NCBI GenBank assembly: GCA_017649855.1
Contig: JAGCGA010000027.1
Coordinates: forward strand, 906 to 64,905
From: Bacteroidales bacterium
GTDB lineage: Bacteria > Bacteroidota > Bacteroidia > Bacteroidales > WCHB1-69
Length of the DNA stretch: 64,000 nt
Direction of reading: 5' to 3'
The notes below the pieces were generated by a model. The model had not been told where the DNA came from. It saw only the letters and a list, made by a program, of their open reading frames with translations, and did no database searches. A program made the translations under genes and the position numbers. How positions within the stretch are numbered: position 1 is the stretch's first letter; each line of letters begins with the position of its first letter. Shown in pieces: positions 35,769 to 46,007 of this stretch.

Positions 35769-35803
35769 TTAGTTTCTAGTTTCAAGTTTAAGATTTGCAG
35801 TTT
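35769..35803. repeat. five tandem heptamers (TTAGTTT CTAGTTT CAAGTTT AAGATTT GCAGTTT) forming the last 12 codons and the stop of purF
   Basis: Direct reading. On the - strand: AAACTGC AAATCTT AAACTTG AAACTAG AAACTAA = ...KTANLKLETRN*. Confidence 0.7.
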
Positions 35804-37553
35804 TGTACCAATTCACGAAGCTGCGGCAGGCGAGACGGGCTCCGCCTTTGGTAGGGTATCGTCCGGAGAAGTACCAGTCGCCGGGATGGTTCGGGATTGC
35901 CTCATGAAGACCTTCCAAAGACTGGAAAACCAATTCGATAGGACAGTGGACGTCAGAAGGACGCAAGAGCTCTACCATTTTTGCGTTCAGTTCCTCCACC
36001 GTGAAGGGCTCGTACAGTTGGCGAAGCGCCTCTTCGTGGTTCTGACGGCAGTTTTCATACACCTTGGTTATCCAATCCTCCATATTCCGTTCTTTCAACA
36101 GGGAGATGCAGGCCTGGAAGGCGATGAACTCCTCAATACGGCCCATGTCGATGCCGTAGAAGTCTGGGTAGCGGATCTGCGGGGCGGAGCTGACCACCAC
36201 GATTTTCTTCGGATGCAGTCGGTTCAGGATCTTGATGATGCTCTCCCGCATGGTCGTTCCCCGCACGATGCTGTCGTCAATGACCACCAAATTGTCGATG
36301 CCGGGACGGATGGAGTTGAAGGTGATATCATAGACATGCGCCGCCAAGTCATTTCGGGTGCTGCCTTCAGTGATAAAGGTCCGCAACTTGATGTCTTTCC
36401 AAACCACTTTCTCAGCACGCACATTCGGTGCGATGGTGCGGATGCCTTCCACCATGCCGTGGTAAGCCACTTCTGCGGTGTTAGGGATGTAGGAGAAGAC
36501 GGTGTTTTCCACATCTCCGCCAATGGCTGCCAGGATCTGGTCGCGAAGTTGGGCTCCCAGCCTCTTGCGTTCCTGGTGGATGTCACTGTCGTTGCCGCGG
36601 CTGAAGTAGATTCGCTCGAAGGAGCAGGCAGCATATTCTTCGGCCGGCATCACCTGCTCCAGACGGATTTCTCCCTTCCGGTTGATGATGATAGCCTGGC
36701 CGGGCATGAGTTCCCGAATGGATTCCTGCTGCAGGTCGAAGGTGGTCTGCAGGACAGGGCGCTCGCTGGTGATGGCGCAGATCTCCTCGTTCCGATAGAA
36801 GAAGGCTGGGCGGATTCCCCACGGGTCGCGCATGGCGAACATCTCACCACTGCCCGTCATGCCGCACATCACATAGCCGCCGTCAAAATGGGAGAGGGTG
36901 GTCCTCAAGACCGGAACCATGTCCACGTGATCATCAATATAGTCGGTCACCTGCTGCCCCTCCAGTCCCAAGGCGATGGCCTCCTGGTAGCAGCGTTCCA
37001 CCTCGCGGTCTAGGCGGTGCCCCATCAACTCAAGCAGGATGTAGGTGTCGCTATATACGCGGGGGCACTGGCCTTTGGAGGTGAGATAGTCGAATACCTC
37101 GTCAATATTGGTCATGTTGAAGTTGCCGCACAGACAAAGGTTCTTGGCCCGCCAGTTGTTGCGGCGGAGGAACGGGTGCACGAATTTAAGGCCTCCCTTC
37201 CCGGTGGTGGAATAACGAAGATGACCCATGTACAGTTCGCCGGTGAAGGCAGGTCCTGCAGATGGGTCATCAGGGTCGGGAGAGGAGATTTGGCGGTGTA
37301 TGGTGTCGAACACCTTGGTGATGGCGTCCTTGCCCTCCGCTTTCTCGCGGTACATGTACTCGTGGCCTGGGGTCTGGTGGATGTTGACGCAGGCGACACC
37401 GGCGCCCTCCTGCCCTCGGTTGTGCTGTTTCTCCATCATCAGGTAGAGCTTGCCCAAGGCATAATGACTGTCGCCATATTTGTTCTCGTAGAATGCCAAC
37501 GGCTTGAGCAGCCGAACCATGGCTATCCCACATTCGTGTTTCAATGCTTCCAT
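35769..37553 (-). CDS. purF: amidophosphoribosyltransferase
   Basis: ORF 35769..37676, start at the ATG at 37553 (MEALKHECGIAMV, N-terminal Cys nucleophile after Met processing). PRTase motif VVIDDSIVRGTT. Confidence 0.85.
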   Translation of the reverse strand: MEALKHECGIAMVRLLKPLAFYENKYGDSHYALGKLYLMMEKQHNRGQEGAGVACVNIHQTPGHEYMYREKAEGKDAITKVFDTIHRQISSPDPDDPSAGPAFTGELYMGHLRYSTTGKGGLKFVHPFLRRNNWRAKNLCLCGNFNMTNIDEVFDYLTSKGQCPRVYSDTYILLELMGHRLDREVERCYQEAIALGLEGQQVTDYIDDHVDMVPVLRTTLSHFDGGYVMCGMTGSGEMFAMRDPWGIRPAFFYRNEEICAITSERPVLQTTFDLQQESIRELMPGQAIIINRKGEIRLEQVMPAEEYAACSFERIYFSRGNDSDIHQERKRLGAQLRDQILAAIGGDVENTVFSYIPNTAEVAYHGMVEGIRTIAPNVRAEKVVWKDIKLRTFITEGSTRNDLAAHVYDITFNSIRPGIDNLVVIDDSIVRGTTMRESIIKILNRLHPKKIVVVSSAPQIRYPDFYGIDMGRIEEFIAFQACISLLKERNMEDWITKVYENCRQNHEEALRQLYEPFTVEELNAKMVELLRPSDVHCPIELVFQSLEGLHEAIPNHPGDWYFSGRYPTKGGARLACRSFVNWYKTANLKLETRN

Positions 37554-37582
37554 CTGTTTGCTGATAATTTGGATGAAAGGTG

Positions 37583-37590
37583 CAAAAATA
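37583..37590 (-). promoter_or_regulatory. -7 promoter box (TATTTTTG on - strand) for purF
   Basis: TAnnTTTG match 29 nt upstream of the ATG at 37553. Confidence 0.45.
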
Positions 37591-37980
37591 CATTTTTTTT
37601 GAAAAGATGTAAATTTAGATTCACTTTTGTCTTTATTTACAATAAAAAGCATGTTCGCTAAACACCGAACATCCATGCGGTTCTTCAGCCTGCCCGTCGT
37701 TCATTTTTTGGGATAAATAATCGTCAACGATGTCGTGTTTTTGATTGTTTTTGCGTTCTTGACCAGGATACATGAACAGAAAAGAGAGTTTCTTGTTTTG
37801 CGTAAAATGCTGAATATCAATTGCTTTTTTAAATATGCCGAATCAAACACTTATCCATAAATCGTCATTAACATTATAAGTGTCAATGTGATAGATAGAA
37901 TTTTTAGATGTGCTAAGTTTTTTTATGATACACGAGTAAAAATATTCTATATTTTTGTCCTGTTCAAAAAATACACCAAA

Positions 37981-38433
37981 ATGAAAAAATATCTTTGTTT
38001 TATCGTCATGTTGTTTCTGGCATTCACGGTGGGTGCTCAAGAGTACGTAGATTTAGGTTTGCCGAGCGGCACTCAATGGAAAACCGAAAATGAGGGCGAC
38101 GTTTATTACTATGGGGCTGCTCTTGTCGAGTTTGGGGCCGCCATGCCCACGTATGACCAGTTTGTGGAGCTAAAAGACGGTTGCCGCTGGGAGTGGACCG
38201 GAAATGGCTACAAGGTGACAGGGCCTAATGGCAACTCCATAAACCTGCCTGTTACCAATGGTCGCGATTGCGAAGGCAATTGGCTGGAGTCCTTGTCTAA
38301 TGTGGGAGGTTACTGGACCTCAACTCCGCTGGGTATTGAGCGTGGGTGGATGCTCAGCTTCACCGTGAATGGAGCCAATATGGGTGAATCCGAGAGATGC
38401 TTCTGGCGGGCAGTACGCCTTGTAAAAAATTAA
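37981..38433 (+). CDS. secreted protein with a DUF1566/FISUMP-like (C-type-lectin-fold) domain
   Basis: ORF 37888..38433, start at the ATG at 37981 (MKKYLCFIVMLFLAFTVGAQ). YVDLGLPSGTQWKTEN...GGYWTSTP...RCFWRAVRLV resembles this family. A -7 box TATTTTTG lies at 37950-37957. Confidence 0.5.
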   Translation: MKKYLCFIVMLFLAFTVGAQEYVDLGLPSGTQWKTENEGDVYYYGAALVEFGAAMPTYDQFVELKDGCRWEWTGNGYKVTGPNGNSINLPVTNGRDCEGNWLESLSNVGGYWTSTPLGIERGWMLSFTVNGANMGESERCFWRAVRLVKN

Positions 38434-38453
38434 GTGATCTAGTTCTTTTTACT

Positions 38454-39275
38454 ATGTTTTCTATGAGAAATAATCTTTGTAGTCTTGCAGCGACTGTTCT
38501 GCTGTTCTCCTTTTTCTCCTCTTCCATGGAGGTGTGTGCCCAACATCCCCATCAAGGAGCAACCCATGTTCGTGAAACATCATTGATTGTCACTTCCGAC
38601 CAAAACGCTTTCTGGCTCTTCCTGGACGATGTGCTCCAGAATGAGCAGTCGGTGAGGTCTATCCAACTGGACTATGTCCCGGAGGGTGACCATTATCTGC
38701 GGGTGGAGCTGGACGACCCCGACCATCGCACGGTGGGCCAGCTGGTGCGTGTCGATATGGCCCATCGGAATTTTCGTATTGAGCGGTCGCGGCATCTGTT
38801 GGGCCTCTCTCTTGGCTATGGGGCGCCCCGTCCCGAGTTGGTCATGGCGATGGTCTCCGCGCAGCCTAACCGGCCCTATGGGGTGGGGCAGAGCCAGTGG
38901 TTCGGCTATCATCCCGCCGGCAATATGCAGCCGAATGTGACGATTGTGGTGCCGCCTGCAGCCCCCGTGGTGCCCGTTGGCCCCGTGGCCATGAGTGCGG
39001 CTGATTTCCAAGAGGCGCTGGCGATGGTGAAGCGGGAGAGCTTTGAGACAACCCGATGCTCCACGGCCAAGCAGATTGTGAAAAGCAATCATCTGACAGT
39101 CTCCCAAATAGAACAGTTATGCCGGGTTTTTGACTTTGACAATACGAAACTGGACTTTGCCAAATTTGCCTATCGATATTGTGTGGATCCAGAACATTAT
39201 TATCTCCTTCACAATGTCTTCAGCTTTGAAAGCAACAAGAGAGCCTTGGATGATTTCATAGAGAAGCAGCGCTAG
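38454..39275 (+). CDS. DUF4476 domain-containing secreted protein
   Basis: ORF 38397..39275, start at the ATG at 38454 with a signal peptide. The C-terminal FQEALAMVKRESFETTRCSTAKQIVKSNHLTVSQIEQLCRVFDFDNTKLDFAKFAY pattern is typical of DUF4476. Confidence 0.55.
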   Translation: MFSMRNNLCSLAATVLLFSFFSSSMEVCAQHPHQGATHVRETSLIVTSDQNAFWLFLDDVLQNEQSVRSIQLDYVPEGDHYLRVELDDPDHRTVGQLVRVDMAHRNFRIERSRHLLGLSLGYGAPRPELVMAMVSAQPNRPYGVGQSQWFGYHPAGNMQPNVTIVVPPAAPVVPVGPVAMSAADFQEALAMVKRESFETTRCSTAKQIVKSNHLTVSQIEQLCRVFDFDNTKLDFAKFAYRYCVDPEHYYLLHNVFSFESNKRALDDFIEKQR

Positions 39276-39290
39276 GCAACCTATGGATAT

Positions 39291-39327
39291 AAAAAAAACG
39301 GACTTCAGCAGGAAGTCCGTTTTTTGT
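39291..39327. terminator. bidirectional rho-independent terminator (DUF4476 gene / pnp)
   Basis: A8, then the stem ACGGACTTC / GAAGTCCGT, then T5. Confidence 0.8.
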
Positions 39328-39332
39328 TTTGG

Positions 39333-41645
39333 TTAGTCCATTTCAGGAATGTCTGGCAAATCGTTCTGAGGTCTCTCAGGTCTTTGCGGTCTGTCACCTT
39401 GCGGGCGGCGGTTATGGCCGTGACCTTCGCGTCTCTCGCGGCCGCCACCGTTGTTGCGGTCGGGGCGTCTTTCGCCACCGCGTTCGCCACCGCGACGCGG
39501 CTTGGTGCTCGGCTCCACATAGCCTTCCGGCTTCGGAAGCAGCACCTTGTGGGAGAGACGGAATTTGCCGGTCTTCTCGTCGATGCCGATCAGCTGTACC
39601 TTGATGGTGTCACCCACCTTGAGGACGTCTTCCACGTTCTCGATACGGCGGTAAGCGATCTCGGTGACATGCAGGAGGCCGTCGGTGTTGGGCAGGAACT
39701 CCACGAAAGCACCGAAGGCGGTGATGTTCTTGACTTTGCCTTCATACACTTCTCCCACCTCAGGTTTGGTGCAGATGAGCTTGATGCGCTCCATGGCGGC
39801 GTTGATGTCGTCCACATTGGGAGCGGCGATATCGATGATGCCGAATTCACCCACCTCCTCGATGTTGATGGTGGTGTTGGTCTCACGCTGCATCTCTTGG
39901 ATGATCTTGCCTCCCGGTCCGATGACGGCGCCGATGAACTCGCGCGGGATTTGCATTTGGATGATGCGCGGCACGAAGGGACGGTAGTCCTCACGCGGTG
40001 CCGGCATAGCCTCTTTGATCTTGCCGAGGATGAACATACGGCCTCTGTGAGCCTGAGCCAATGCCTCTGCCAGCACTTCAGCGGAGAGACCGTTGACCTT
40101 GATGTCCATCTGGCAGGCGGTGATGCCGTCTTCGGTACCACAGACCTTGAAGTCCATGTCGCCCAGGTGGTCCTCATCGCCGAGGATGTCGGACAAGATG
40201 GCGTAGCGGCTGGAGTTCTCGTCGGTAATCAGACCCATGGCGATACCGGAGACCGGTTTTTTCATCTTGACACCGCAGTCGAGCAGAGCCAGCGTGCCGG
40301 CGCAGACGGTAGCCATAGAGGAACTGCCGTTAGACTCGAGGATATCGGAGACAATACGCACGGTGTAGGGGAATGTCGGGTCGTCGAAGGGGATCATCGG
40401 TGCGAGGGCGCGCTTGGCCAAGTTGCCGTGACCAATCTCGCGACGGCCGGTGCTGCCGATACGCTTCACCTCACCCACACTGTACGGCGGGAAGTTGTAG
40501 TGCAGCATGAAACGGCTGGTGCCTTCCACCACAGCGCCGTCAATCATCTGCTCGTCCAGCTTGGTGCCTAAGGTACAGGTGGCCAATGACTGTGTCTCAC
40601 CACGGGTGAAGATGGCAGAACCATGAGCGGCAGGCAGATAGCCAGTCTCGATCCAGATGGGACGGATGGTCTCCAGGTCACGACCGTCGAGACGGATACG
40701 CTCGTCCAGAATCATATTGCGCATGGCGTGCCATTGAACATCGCTGTAGTAACGTTTCACCATGACTTCTTTCTCTTCGCGCTCCTCTTCGGGAATGGTC
40801 TCCATGAAGTCGGCCAGAATCTGGTCGAAAGCCTCGTTGCGGGCTTGCTTGCCCATGAAAGACTTGGCTACGGCGTAGACTTTGTCGTAGGTCTCCTTCT
40901 GGATGCGCTCACGGATCTCCTCGTCGTTGGTCTCGTGGCAGTACTCGCGTTTCGGGAAGGCGGTGGGCACCTCGGCGGCCAGCTCCATCTGAGCCTGGCA
41001 CTGCACCTTGATGGCGTCCTTGGCAAAGTTCAACGCACCTACCATGTCTTCCTCGGAGATCTCTTTCATCTCACCTTCTACCATCATGATGTTCTCCATG
41101 GAGGCAGCCACGATCATGTCGATGTCAGACTTCTCCATGTCTTCGATGGTGGGGTTGATGACGTATTTGCCGTCCACACGACCTACGCGCACCTCGGAGA
41201 TGGGGCACTCGAAGGGGATGTTGGACACGGCGATGGCAGAAGAGGCGGCCAAGCATGCCAGACAGTCGGGCAGCATGTTCTTGTCACCGGAGATCAGGGT
41301 CACGATGACCTGCGTCTCTGCGTGGAAGTCTTTCGGGAAGAGCGGACGGATGGCGCGGTCCACCAAACGGGCGATGAGGATCTCATACTCGGAGGGGCGG
41401 GCCTCACGACGGAAGAAACCGCCGGGGATACGGCCAAGAGCACCGTATTTCTCTTGATATTCCACTTGCAACGGCATGAAGTCGGTGCCTTCCACGGCTT
41501 CCTTCTTGCAACACACCGTCGCCAAAATCATGGTGTCTCCCATCCTTACGACAGCAGCACCGTCGGCTTGCTTCGCCAGCTTGCCAGTTTCGATGGTTAC
41601 CATACGACCATCGCCTATATCGAATGTTTTGCTAATTCCAATCAT
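39333..41645 (-). CDS. pnp: polynucleotide phosphorylase
   Basis: 770 aa. Two RNase PH domains, KH (...[14 protein letters not shown]...) and S1 ([20 protein letters not shown]), plus an Arg/Gly-rich tail of about 60 aa. Confidence 0.95.
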   Translation of the reverse strand: MIGISKTFDIGDGRMVTIETGKLAKQADGAAVVRMGDTMILATVCCKKEAVEGTDFMPLQVEYQEKYGALGRIPGGFFRREARPSEYEILIARLVDRAIRPLFPKDFHAETQVIVTLISGDKNMLPDCLACLAASSAIAVSNIPFECPISEVRVGRVDGKYVINPTIEDMEKSDIDMIVAASMENIMMVEGEMKEISEEDMVGALNFAKDAIKVQCQAQMELAAEVPTAFPKREYCHETNDEEIRERIQKETYDKVYAVAKSFMGKQARNEAFDQILADFMETIPEEEREEKEVMVKRYYSDVQWHAMRNMILDERIRLDGRDLETIRPIWIETGYLPAAHGSAIFTRGETQSLATCTLGTKLDEQMIDGAVVEGTSRFMLHYNFPPYSVGEVKRIGSTGRREIGHGNLAKRALAPMIPFDDPTFPYTVRIVSDILESNGSSSMATVCAGTLALLDCGVKMKKPVSGIAMGLITDENSSRYAILSDILGDEDHLGDMDFKVCGTEDGITACQMDIKVNGLSAEVLAEALAQAHRGRMFILGKIKEAMPAPREDYRPFVPRIIQMQIPREFIGAVIGPGGKIIQEMQRETNTTINIEEVGEFGIIDIAAPNVDDINAAMERIKLICTKPEVGEVYEGKVKNITAFGAFVEFLPNTDGLLHVTEIAYRRIENVEDVLKVGDTIKVQLIGIDEKTGKFRLSHKVLLPKPEGYVEPSTKPRRGGERGGERRPDRNNGGGRERREGHGHNRRPQGDRPQRPERPQNDLPDIPEMD

Positions 41646-41711
41646 TGCTAATATTTTAAAAATGAATAAGATAAATTGTCAGGCCACCTATACTATCCAT
41701 ATACCAAACAA

Positions 41712-41731
41712 GGCAATTTGTCGAAATTGCC
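41712..41731 (-). terminator. hairpin between rpsO and pnp (rpsO terminator / pnp leader structure)
   Basis: GGCAATTT-GTCG-AAATTGCC perfect 8-bp stem 30 nt downstream of the rpsO stop. A hairpin between rpsO and pnp is a known regulatory arrangement in other bacteria. Confidence 0.5.
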
Positions 41732-41760
41732 CTGTCTGGTAATGATTATAGATGTAAGAA

Positions 41761-42030
41761 TTATTTTCTGAGACCTAACTTCTTGATTAATGCTCTGTAG
41801 CGCTCAATGTCTTGCTGCTTGAGGTATTCGAGCATTTTCTTTCTCTTGCCCACCAAGTTGATCAGGGCGCGTTTGGTGACTTTGTCGCCGCCGTTGGCCT
41901 TCACATGCTCGGTGAGGTGTTTGATGCGGTGAGTGAACAGGGCAACTTGTGCTTCAGGAGAACCGGTATCGGTAGCAGATTTGCCATATTCTTCAAAAAT
42001 GGATTTCTTTACGTCGCTTGTTAAATACAT
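41761..42030 (-). CDS. rpsO: 30S ribosomal protein S15
   Basis: 89 aa. ...GSPEAQVALFTHRIKHLTEHVKAN..D..TKRALINLVGKRKKMLEYL... A -7 box lies at 42079-42086 (- strand). Confidence 0.95.
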   Translation of the reverse strand: MYLTSDVKKSIFEEYGKSATDTGSPEAQVALFTHRIKHLTEHVKANGGDKVTKRALINLVGKRKKMLEYLKQQDIERYRALIKKLGLRK

Positions 42031-42237
42031 AATTTTCTTCTAATTAATTATACTTTTTTACCTTTCTTAAATCGGCGGCAAAAATACAATTTTTTTCTTT
42101 TGTAAATTGGCCCTTGTAAAAAAAATCTATCTCGCTTCCCTGCGAAAGGATGCATGGCATTTTCGGGGGTTGGCAGTTATCCGAATTTTATGTACATTTG
42201 CAGCGGCAAATTTTAAGTTAGCCGTAATGTTTGAAAA

Positions 42238-43254
42238 ATGAATATGATTAGACTCTCTGTCGTAATATTGAATTGGAATGGGCGTAAGTTCTTGGAGAAG
42301 TTTCTGCCCTCGCTCGTGCGTTCTTTGCCCGACTATGCTGAATTGGTGGTGGCAGACAATGCCTCCACCGATGACTCCCTCTCCTTCTTGGAGAAACACT
42401 ATCCCGACATCCGCATCTTACGCAATGATCGTAATGAGGGCTTCGCGCGCGGTTATAACCTTGCCATGGAGCAGATCGACTCCGAATATTTCTGTCTGCT
42501 CAACTCCGACATTGAGGTGACCGACCATTGGATTGAGCCCGTCATCGAGATGATGGACGCTAACGAGAAGATTGCGGTGGTGCAGCCTAAGATTCTCTCC
42601 TATGCCCAGCCCGAGATGTTCGAATATGCCGGTGCGTCGGGTGGTTTCATCGACAAATATGGCTATCCCTTCTGCCGCGGACGCGTCTTCTCTACCTTGG
42701 AGAAGGACGAAGGACAATATGATGATCCGATCGATATCTTCTGGGCCACTGGCGCCGCCATGTTCGTTCGTAGCGATGTGTATCGCACCATGGGCGGCCT
42801 CGACGGGGATTTCTTCGCCCACATGGAGGAGATCGATTTCTGCTGGCGTATCAAGAACGCCGGCTTCAAAATCAAGGTGTGCCCCCAATCCTCCGTGCTG
42901 CATGTCGGCGGCGGCACCCTCCCCAAGAATAATTCTTTCAAGACCTACCTCAACTTCCGCAATAACCTCTTCCTCCTGCTGAAGAACCTCCCGGACAATC
43001 GTATTGCCAGAACGTTTGCCCTCCGCTTCTTCCTCGACCAGATTGCCGCGGTATTCTTCCTGCTGCAATTCCATGTCAAGGATTTTATCGCCGTCTATAA
43101 GGCTATGTTCTCTTTTGCCAAGCATTATAAAGAGTGCAAGGCCAAGCGCAATACGATGCCCAAGCTCGCCTATACCGACGTGTATGACGGCTCCGTGGTA
43201 TTCCTGAATTATTTCAAAAGAAAACGCCATTTCAACGGCCAACAATTTTTTTAA
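42238..43254 (+). CDS. family 2 glycosyltransferase
   Basis: LSVVILNWNGRKFLEKFLPSL...VVADNASTDDS...NEGFARGYN and the DxD context. A -7 box TACATTTG lies at 42193-42200. Confidence 0.75.
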   Translation: MNMIRLSVVILNWNGRKFLEKFLPSLVRSLPDYAELVVADNASTDDSLSFLEKHYPDIRILRNDRNEGFARGYNLAMEQIDSEYFCLLNSDIEVTDHWIEPVIEMMDANEKIAVVQPKILSYAQPEMFEYAGASGGFIDKYGYPFCRGRVFSTLEKDEGQYDDPIDIFWATGAAMFVRSDVYRTMGGLDGDFFAHMEEIDFCWRIKNAGFKIKVCPQSSVLHVGGGTLPKNNSFKTYLNFRNNLFLLLKNLPDNRIARTFALRFFLDQIAAVFFLLQFHVKDFIAVYKAMFSFAKHYKECKAKRNTMPKLAYTDVYDGSVVFLNYFKRKRHFNGQQFF

Positions 43255-43265
43255 TAGTCTCTCTT

Positions 43266-44054
43266 ATGGAACTGTATAGCCAGGTTTACGATTATCTTCT
43301 GATTGTCATGTCCGTGCTTGGGGTGGGCGTCTTTGTCATCCTGCAGTTTATCACGCCGGCCTACGGAATGACGTTCAACACCCGGTGGGGTTTCTCCGTT
43401 CGCAGCAACCTGGGCTGGTTTATTATGGAGATCCCCGTGTTCTTCACCATGCTGGTGCTCTATTTTATCTCGCTCTATTTCAATATCCGACCGTTTAACA
43501 TCGTGACATTCATCATGTTTTTCATCTTTGAGTTTCACTATTTCCAACGGTCGTTCATCTTCCCGCTGCTGATGAAAGGGCAGAGCAAGATGCCCCTCTC
43601 CATCATTACCACTGGCTTTATCTTCAACACCTGTAATGCCATCATGCAGGGCGGCTGGCTATTCTATTTCTGTCCTGAAAATTACTATCCGATTGAGTGG
43701 CTCTGGTCACCCCAGTTCATCATCGGATTCATCATCTTCTTGGGTGGCATGGTGCTGAATATCTATGCCGACCGTGTGATCCGCGACCTGCGTACCGATC
43801 CCTATGACAATAACTATTACCTGCCTCAGAAAGGCCCTTTCAAATATGTGAACTCCGTCAACTATCTCGGGGAGATCATGGAGTGGTTCGGTTTTGCCAT
43901 CCTTACATGGTCTGTGTCGGGACTGGTCTTCTGCCTGTGGACATGCGCCAACATCATCCCGCGCGCCAAGGCCGTCTATGAGCGCTATGAGCTCTTCTTT
44001 GGCGAGGAATTCACCTCCCAGAAACGCTATAAAATATTACCGTTTGTCTATTAA
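43266..44054 (+). CDS. 3-oxo-5-alpha-steroid 4-dehydrogenase family membrane protein (DUF1295-like)
   Basis: 262 aa, polytopic. C-terminal GPFKYVNSVNYLGEIMEWFGFAI fits the steroid 5-alpha-reductase family motif. Confidence 0.6.
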   Translation: MELYSQVYDYLLIVMSVLGVGVFVILQFITPAYGMTFNTRWGFSVRSNLGWFIMEIPVFFTMLVLYFISLYFNIRPFNIVTFIMFFIFEFHYFQRSFIFPLLMKGQSKMPLSIITTGFIFNTCNAIMQGGWLFYFCPENYYPIEWLWSPQFIIGFIIFLGGMVLNIYADRVIRDLRTDPYDNNYYLPQKGPFKYVNSVNYLGEIMEWFGFAILTWSVSGLVFCLWTCANIIPRAKAVYERYELFFGEEFTSQKRYKILPFVY

Positions 44055-44069
44055 AGAACCCTTACAACG

Positions 44070-44483
44070 ATGAAAAAGCTTTGCATGGTCTTGATGTTGC
44101 TGCCGCTGATGTTCAGCTGCCATGTCTATAATAATCCGATCCCGTATGTTCATGTTGATTTCACCATCTATCCCAATGATCCGCTCTATTATCAGTTGAA
44201 CAATTACGGCGGATATGCCTATGTGACTGGTGGGGTGAATGGGATTATCCTGTATCGTCTGGATGAGTGGACCTTCTTTGCTTACGACCGTGCCTGCCCC
44301 TATGACTTTGAAGAGCACCAGTCGTGGCTGTATGTGGCGCCCGACGGCCTGCGGATGGTGGATTCTCTCTGTGGCTCTACCTATAATATATTGGACGGGA
44401 GTGTGCTGACGGGGCCTTCCAGATGGCCTGCCCGCAAATACAACTGCCGCTTTGACGGGATGCGGCTGCGCGTGTACAGCTAA
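44070..44483 (+). CDS. hypothetical lipoprotein
   Basis: 137 aa with the lipobox LMFSC. No domain I can name with confidence. Confidence 0.5.
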   Translation: MKKLCMVLMLLPLMFSCHVYNNPIPYVHVDFTIYPNDPLYYQLNNYGGYAYVTGGVNGIILYRLDEWTFFAYDRACPYDFEEHQSWLYVAPDGLRMVDSLCGSTYNILDGSVLTGPSRWPARKYNCRFDGMRLRVYS

Positions 44484-44487
44484 CCGT

Positions 44488-45999
44488 TTATTTCTGCTTT
44501 TTCAATTGGATGCGCATCACAGTGCCGTGTCCCACCACAGAAGACTTGACAAAGAGTTTTCCCTTGTGGTATTCGTTGATGATGCGCTTTGCCAAGGTGA
44601 GTCCCAAGCCCCAACCGCGGCTCTTGGAGGTGTAACCGGCCTTGAAGATCTGTCGCTGCAGCTTGGCAGGGATGCCCTTGCCTGTGTCGGCCACGTCAAT
44701 GCAGACATATTTGTTCTCATCCACGATGTCAATATTGATAGCCCCCTGGCCGTCCATGGCGTCAACGGCATTCTTGATCAGATTTTCGATCACCCATTCA
44801 AACAGATAACGGTTGATGGGCAGGTTGACCGATTCTTGGTCGGGCTTGTTGAACTTGATGCTGACGAGCGACGGGATGCGCGACTGCATATAGGAGGTGA
44901 ACTCATCGATGATGGGGACGATGTCGGTGGACTCCAGGACGGGCGCGGAGCCGATCTTGGAGAAGCGCTGGGCGATGGTCTCCAAGCGGTGCACATCCTT
45001 GCCGATCTCCGTGGATACGGAAGGGTCGATGTCCATCTCCTTCAACAGCTCGTTCCATGCCATCAGGGAGGAGATGGGGGTGCCAAGCTGGTGGGCGGTC
45101 TCCTTGGACATGCCCACCCATACGCGGTTCTGCTCTGATTTGCGGGATACGCTGAACAGCAGATAGGCCACGATGATGAATATCAGCACGATACCCAACT
45201 CAATGAAGGGAAAGTAGCGCAGTTGTTTCAGCACGGAGGACTCTTCATAGAAGACGTAGCATCGGCCTTGGTCCACCATATTGAGCTCTATGGGCTCGTT
45301 GTCGTTCTTCATCATGTTGAGCTTTTGCGCCAGTGCGGACGGGTCTGACAGGATAGCGCTGTCGACGTTGCCGGCGTTGATGACCTGCATCTGCGTGCTG
45401 TCGGTGATGATGACAGGCACCGAGGCGGAGTTGATGACGGTCTCTTGGAAGAAAGACTGCAGCAGGTTGTCGATGACCGTGTGGAGGTCGTAGTATATTT
45501 GCGACTCTTTGTAATAGATGGTCACGTAGTCGCGGGCGTAGTAGGTCAGTTTGAGGCTGTCGAAGCCGGCGCGGTCGGGACCGAGCTCTCTCACGTTGTG
45601 CATCTTCATGATGCTGTCGGGCACGTTGACGGCCGCATCGATGTCGCCCTTCATATTGGCGATGATGGTCGGGACGGTGGAGTTCGATGTGATGATGTCC
45701 TGATAAAAGGTGAGGTCTTCGTCCAGGTCGGCCTCGGTGACCTTCTTGATGGCTTTGGCCAGCAGGGCGGCGTGGTTGCCCTCTTCCAGCCGGATGGAGT
45801 TGAAGAAATGCTCTGTCTCGTTGACGATCTGGGCCTTGTAGGTGATGGCCCCCGCCCAGATTTCAACACGTTGCCGCTCCTCTTGGGCGATGTTGTTGAT
45901 CAGCTTGGAGGAGTAGTAGAGGATAAAGACAAAGACCACCAGCGCTGAAAGGAATAACAGCCAGCGCCAGTGAGACTTATATAGGATATTTCTGGCCAT
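44488..45999 (-). CDS. sensor histidine kinase
   Basis: 503 aa with two TM segments flanking a periplasmic domain. H-box SKETAHQLGTPISSL, N-box NLIKNAVDA and G-boxes DTGKGI / GWGLGL. Confidence 0.8.
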   Translation of the reverse strand: MARNILYKSHWRWLLFLSALVVFVFILYYSSKLINNIAQEERQRVEIWAGAITYKAQIVNETEHFFNSIRLEEGNHAALLAKAIKKVTEADLDEDLTFYQDIITSNSTVPTIIANMKGDIDAAVNVPDSIMKMHNVRELGPDRAGFDSLKLTYYARDYVTIYYKESQIYYDLHTVIDNLLQSFFQETVINSASVPVIITDSTQMQVINAGNVDSAILSDPSALAQKLNMMKNDNEPIELNMVDQGRCYVFYEESSVLKQLRYFPFIELGIVLIFIIVAYLLFSVSRKSEQNRVWVGMSKETAHQLGTPISSLMAWNELLKEMDIDPSVSTEIGKDVHRLETIAQRFSKIGSAPVLESTDIVPIIDEFTSYMQSRIPSLVSIKFNKPDQESVNLPINRYLFEWVIENLIKNAVDAMDGQGAINIDIVDENKYVCIDVADTGKGIPAKLQRQIFKAGYTSKSRGWGLGLTLAKRIINEYHKGKLFVKSSVVGHGTVMRIQLKKQK

Positions 46000-46007
46000 G
46001 ATGGCGG

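Noticed and set aside
39324-40571. 415-aa + strand ORF (with similar cases at 40623..41651, 59106..60248, 35886..37013, 11623..12510, 44452..45138, 63070..63753)
   Set aside because: All are antisense shadows of confidently identified genes (pnp, corA, purF, UbiA-family, histidine kinase, NuoF-like). Their composition is dominated by Asp/Gly/Val/His/Arg runs, and none has a promoter box or recognisable motif.
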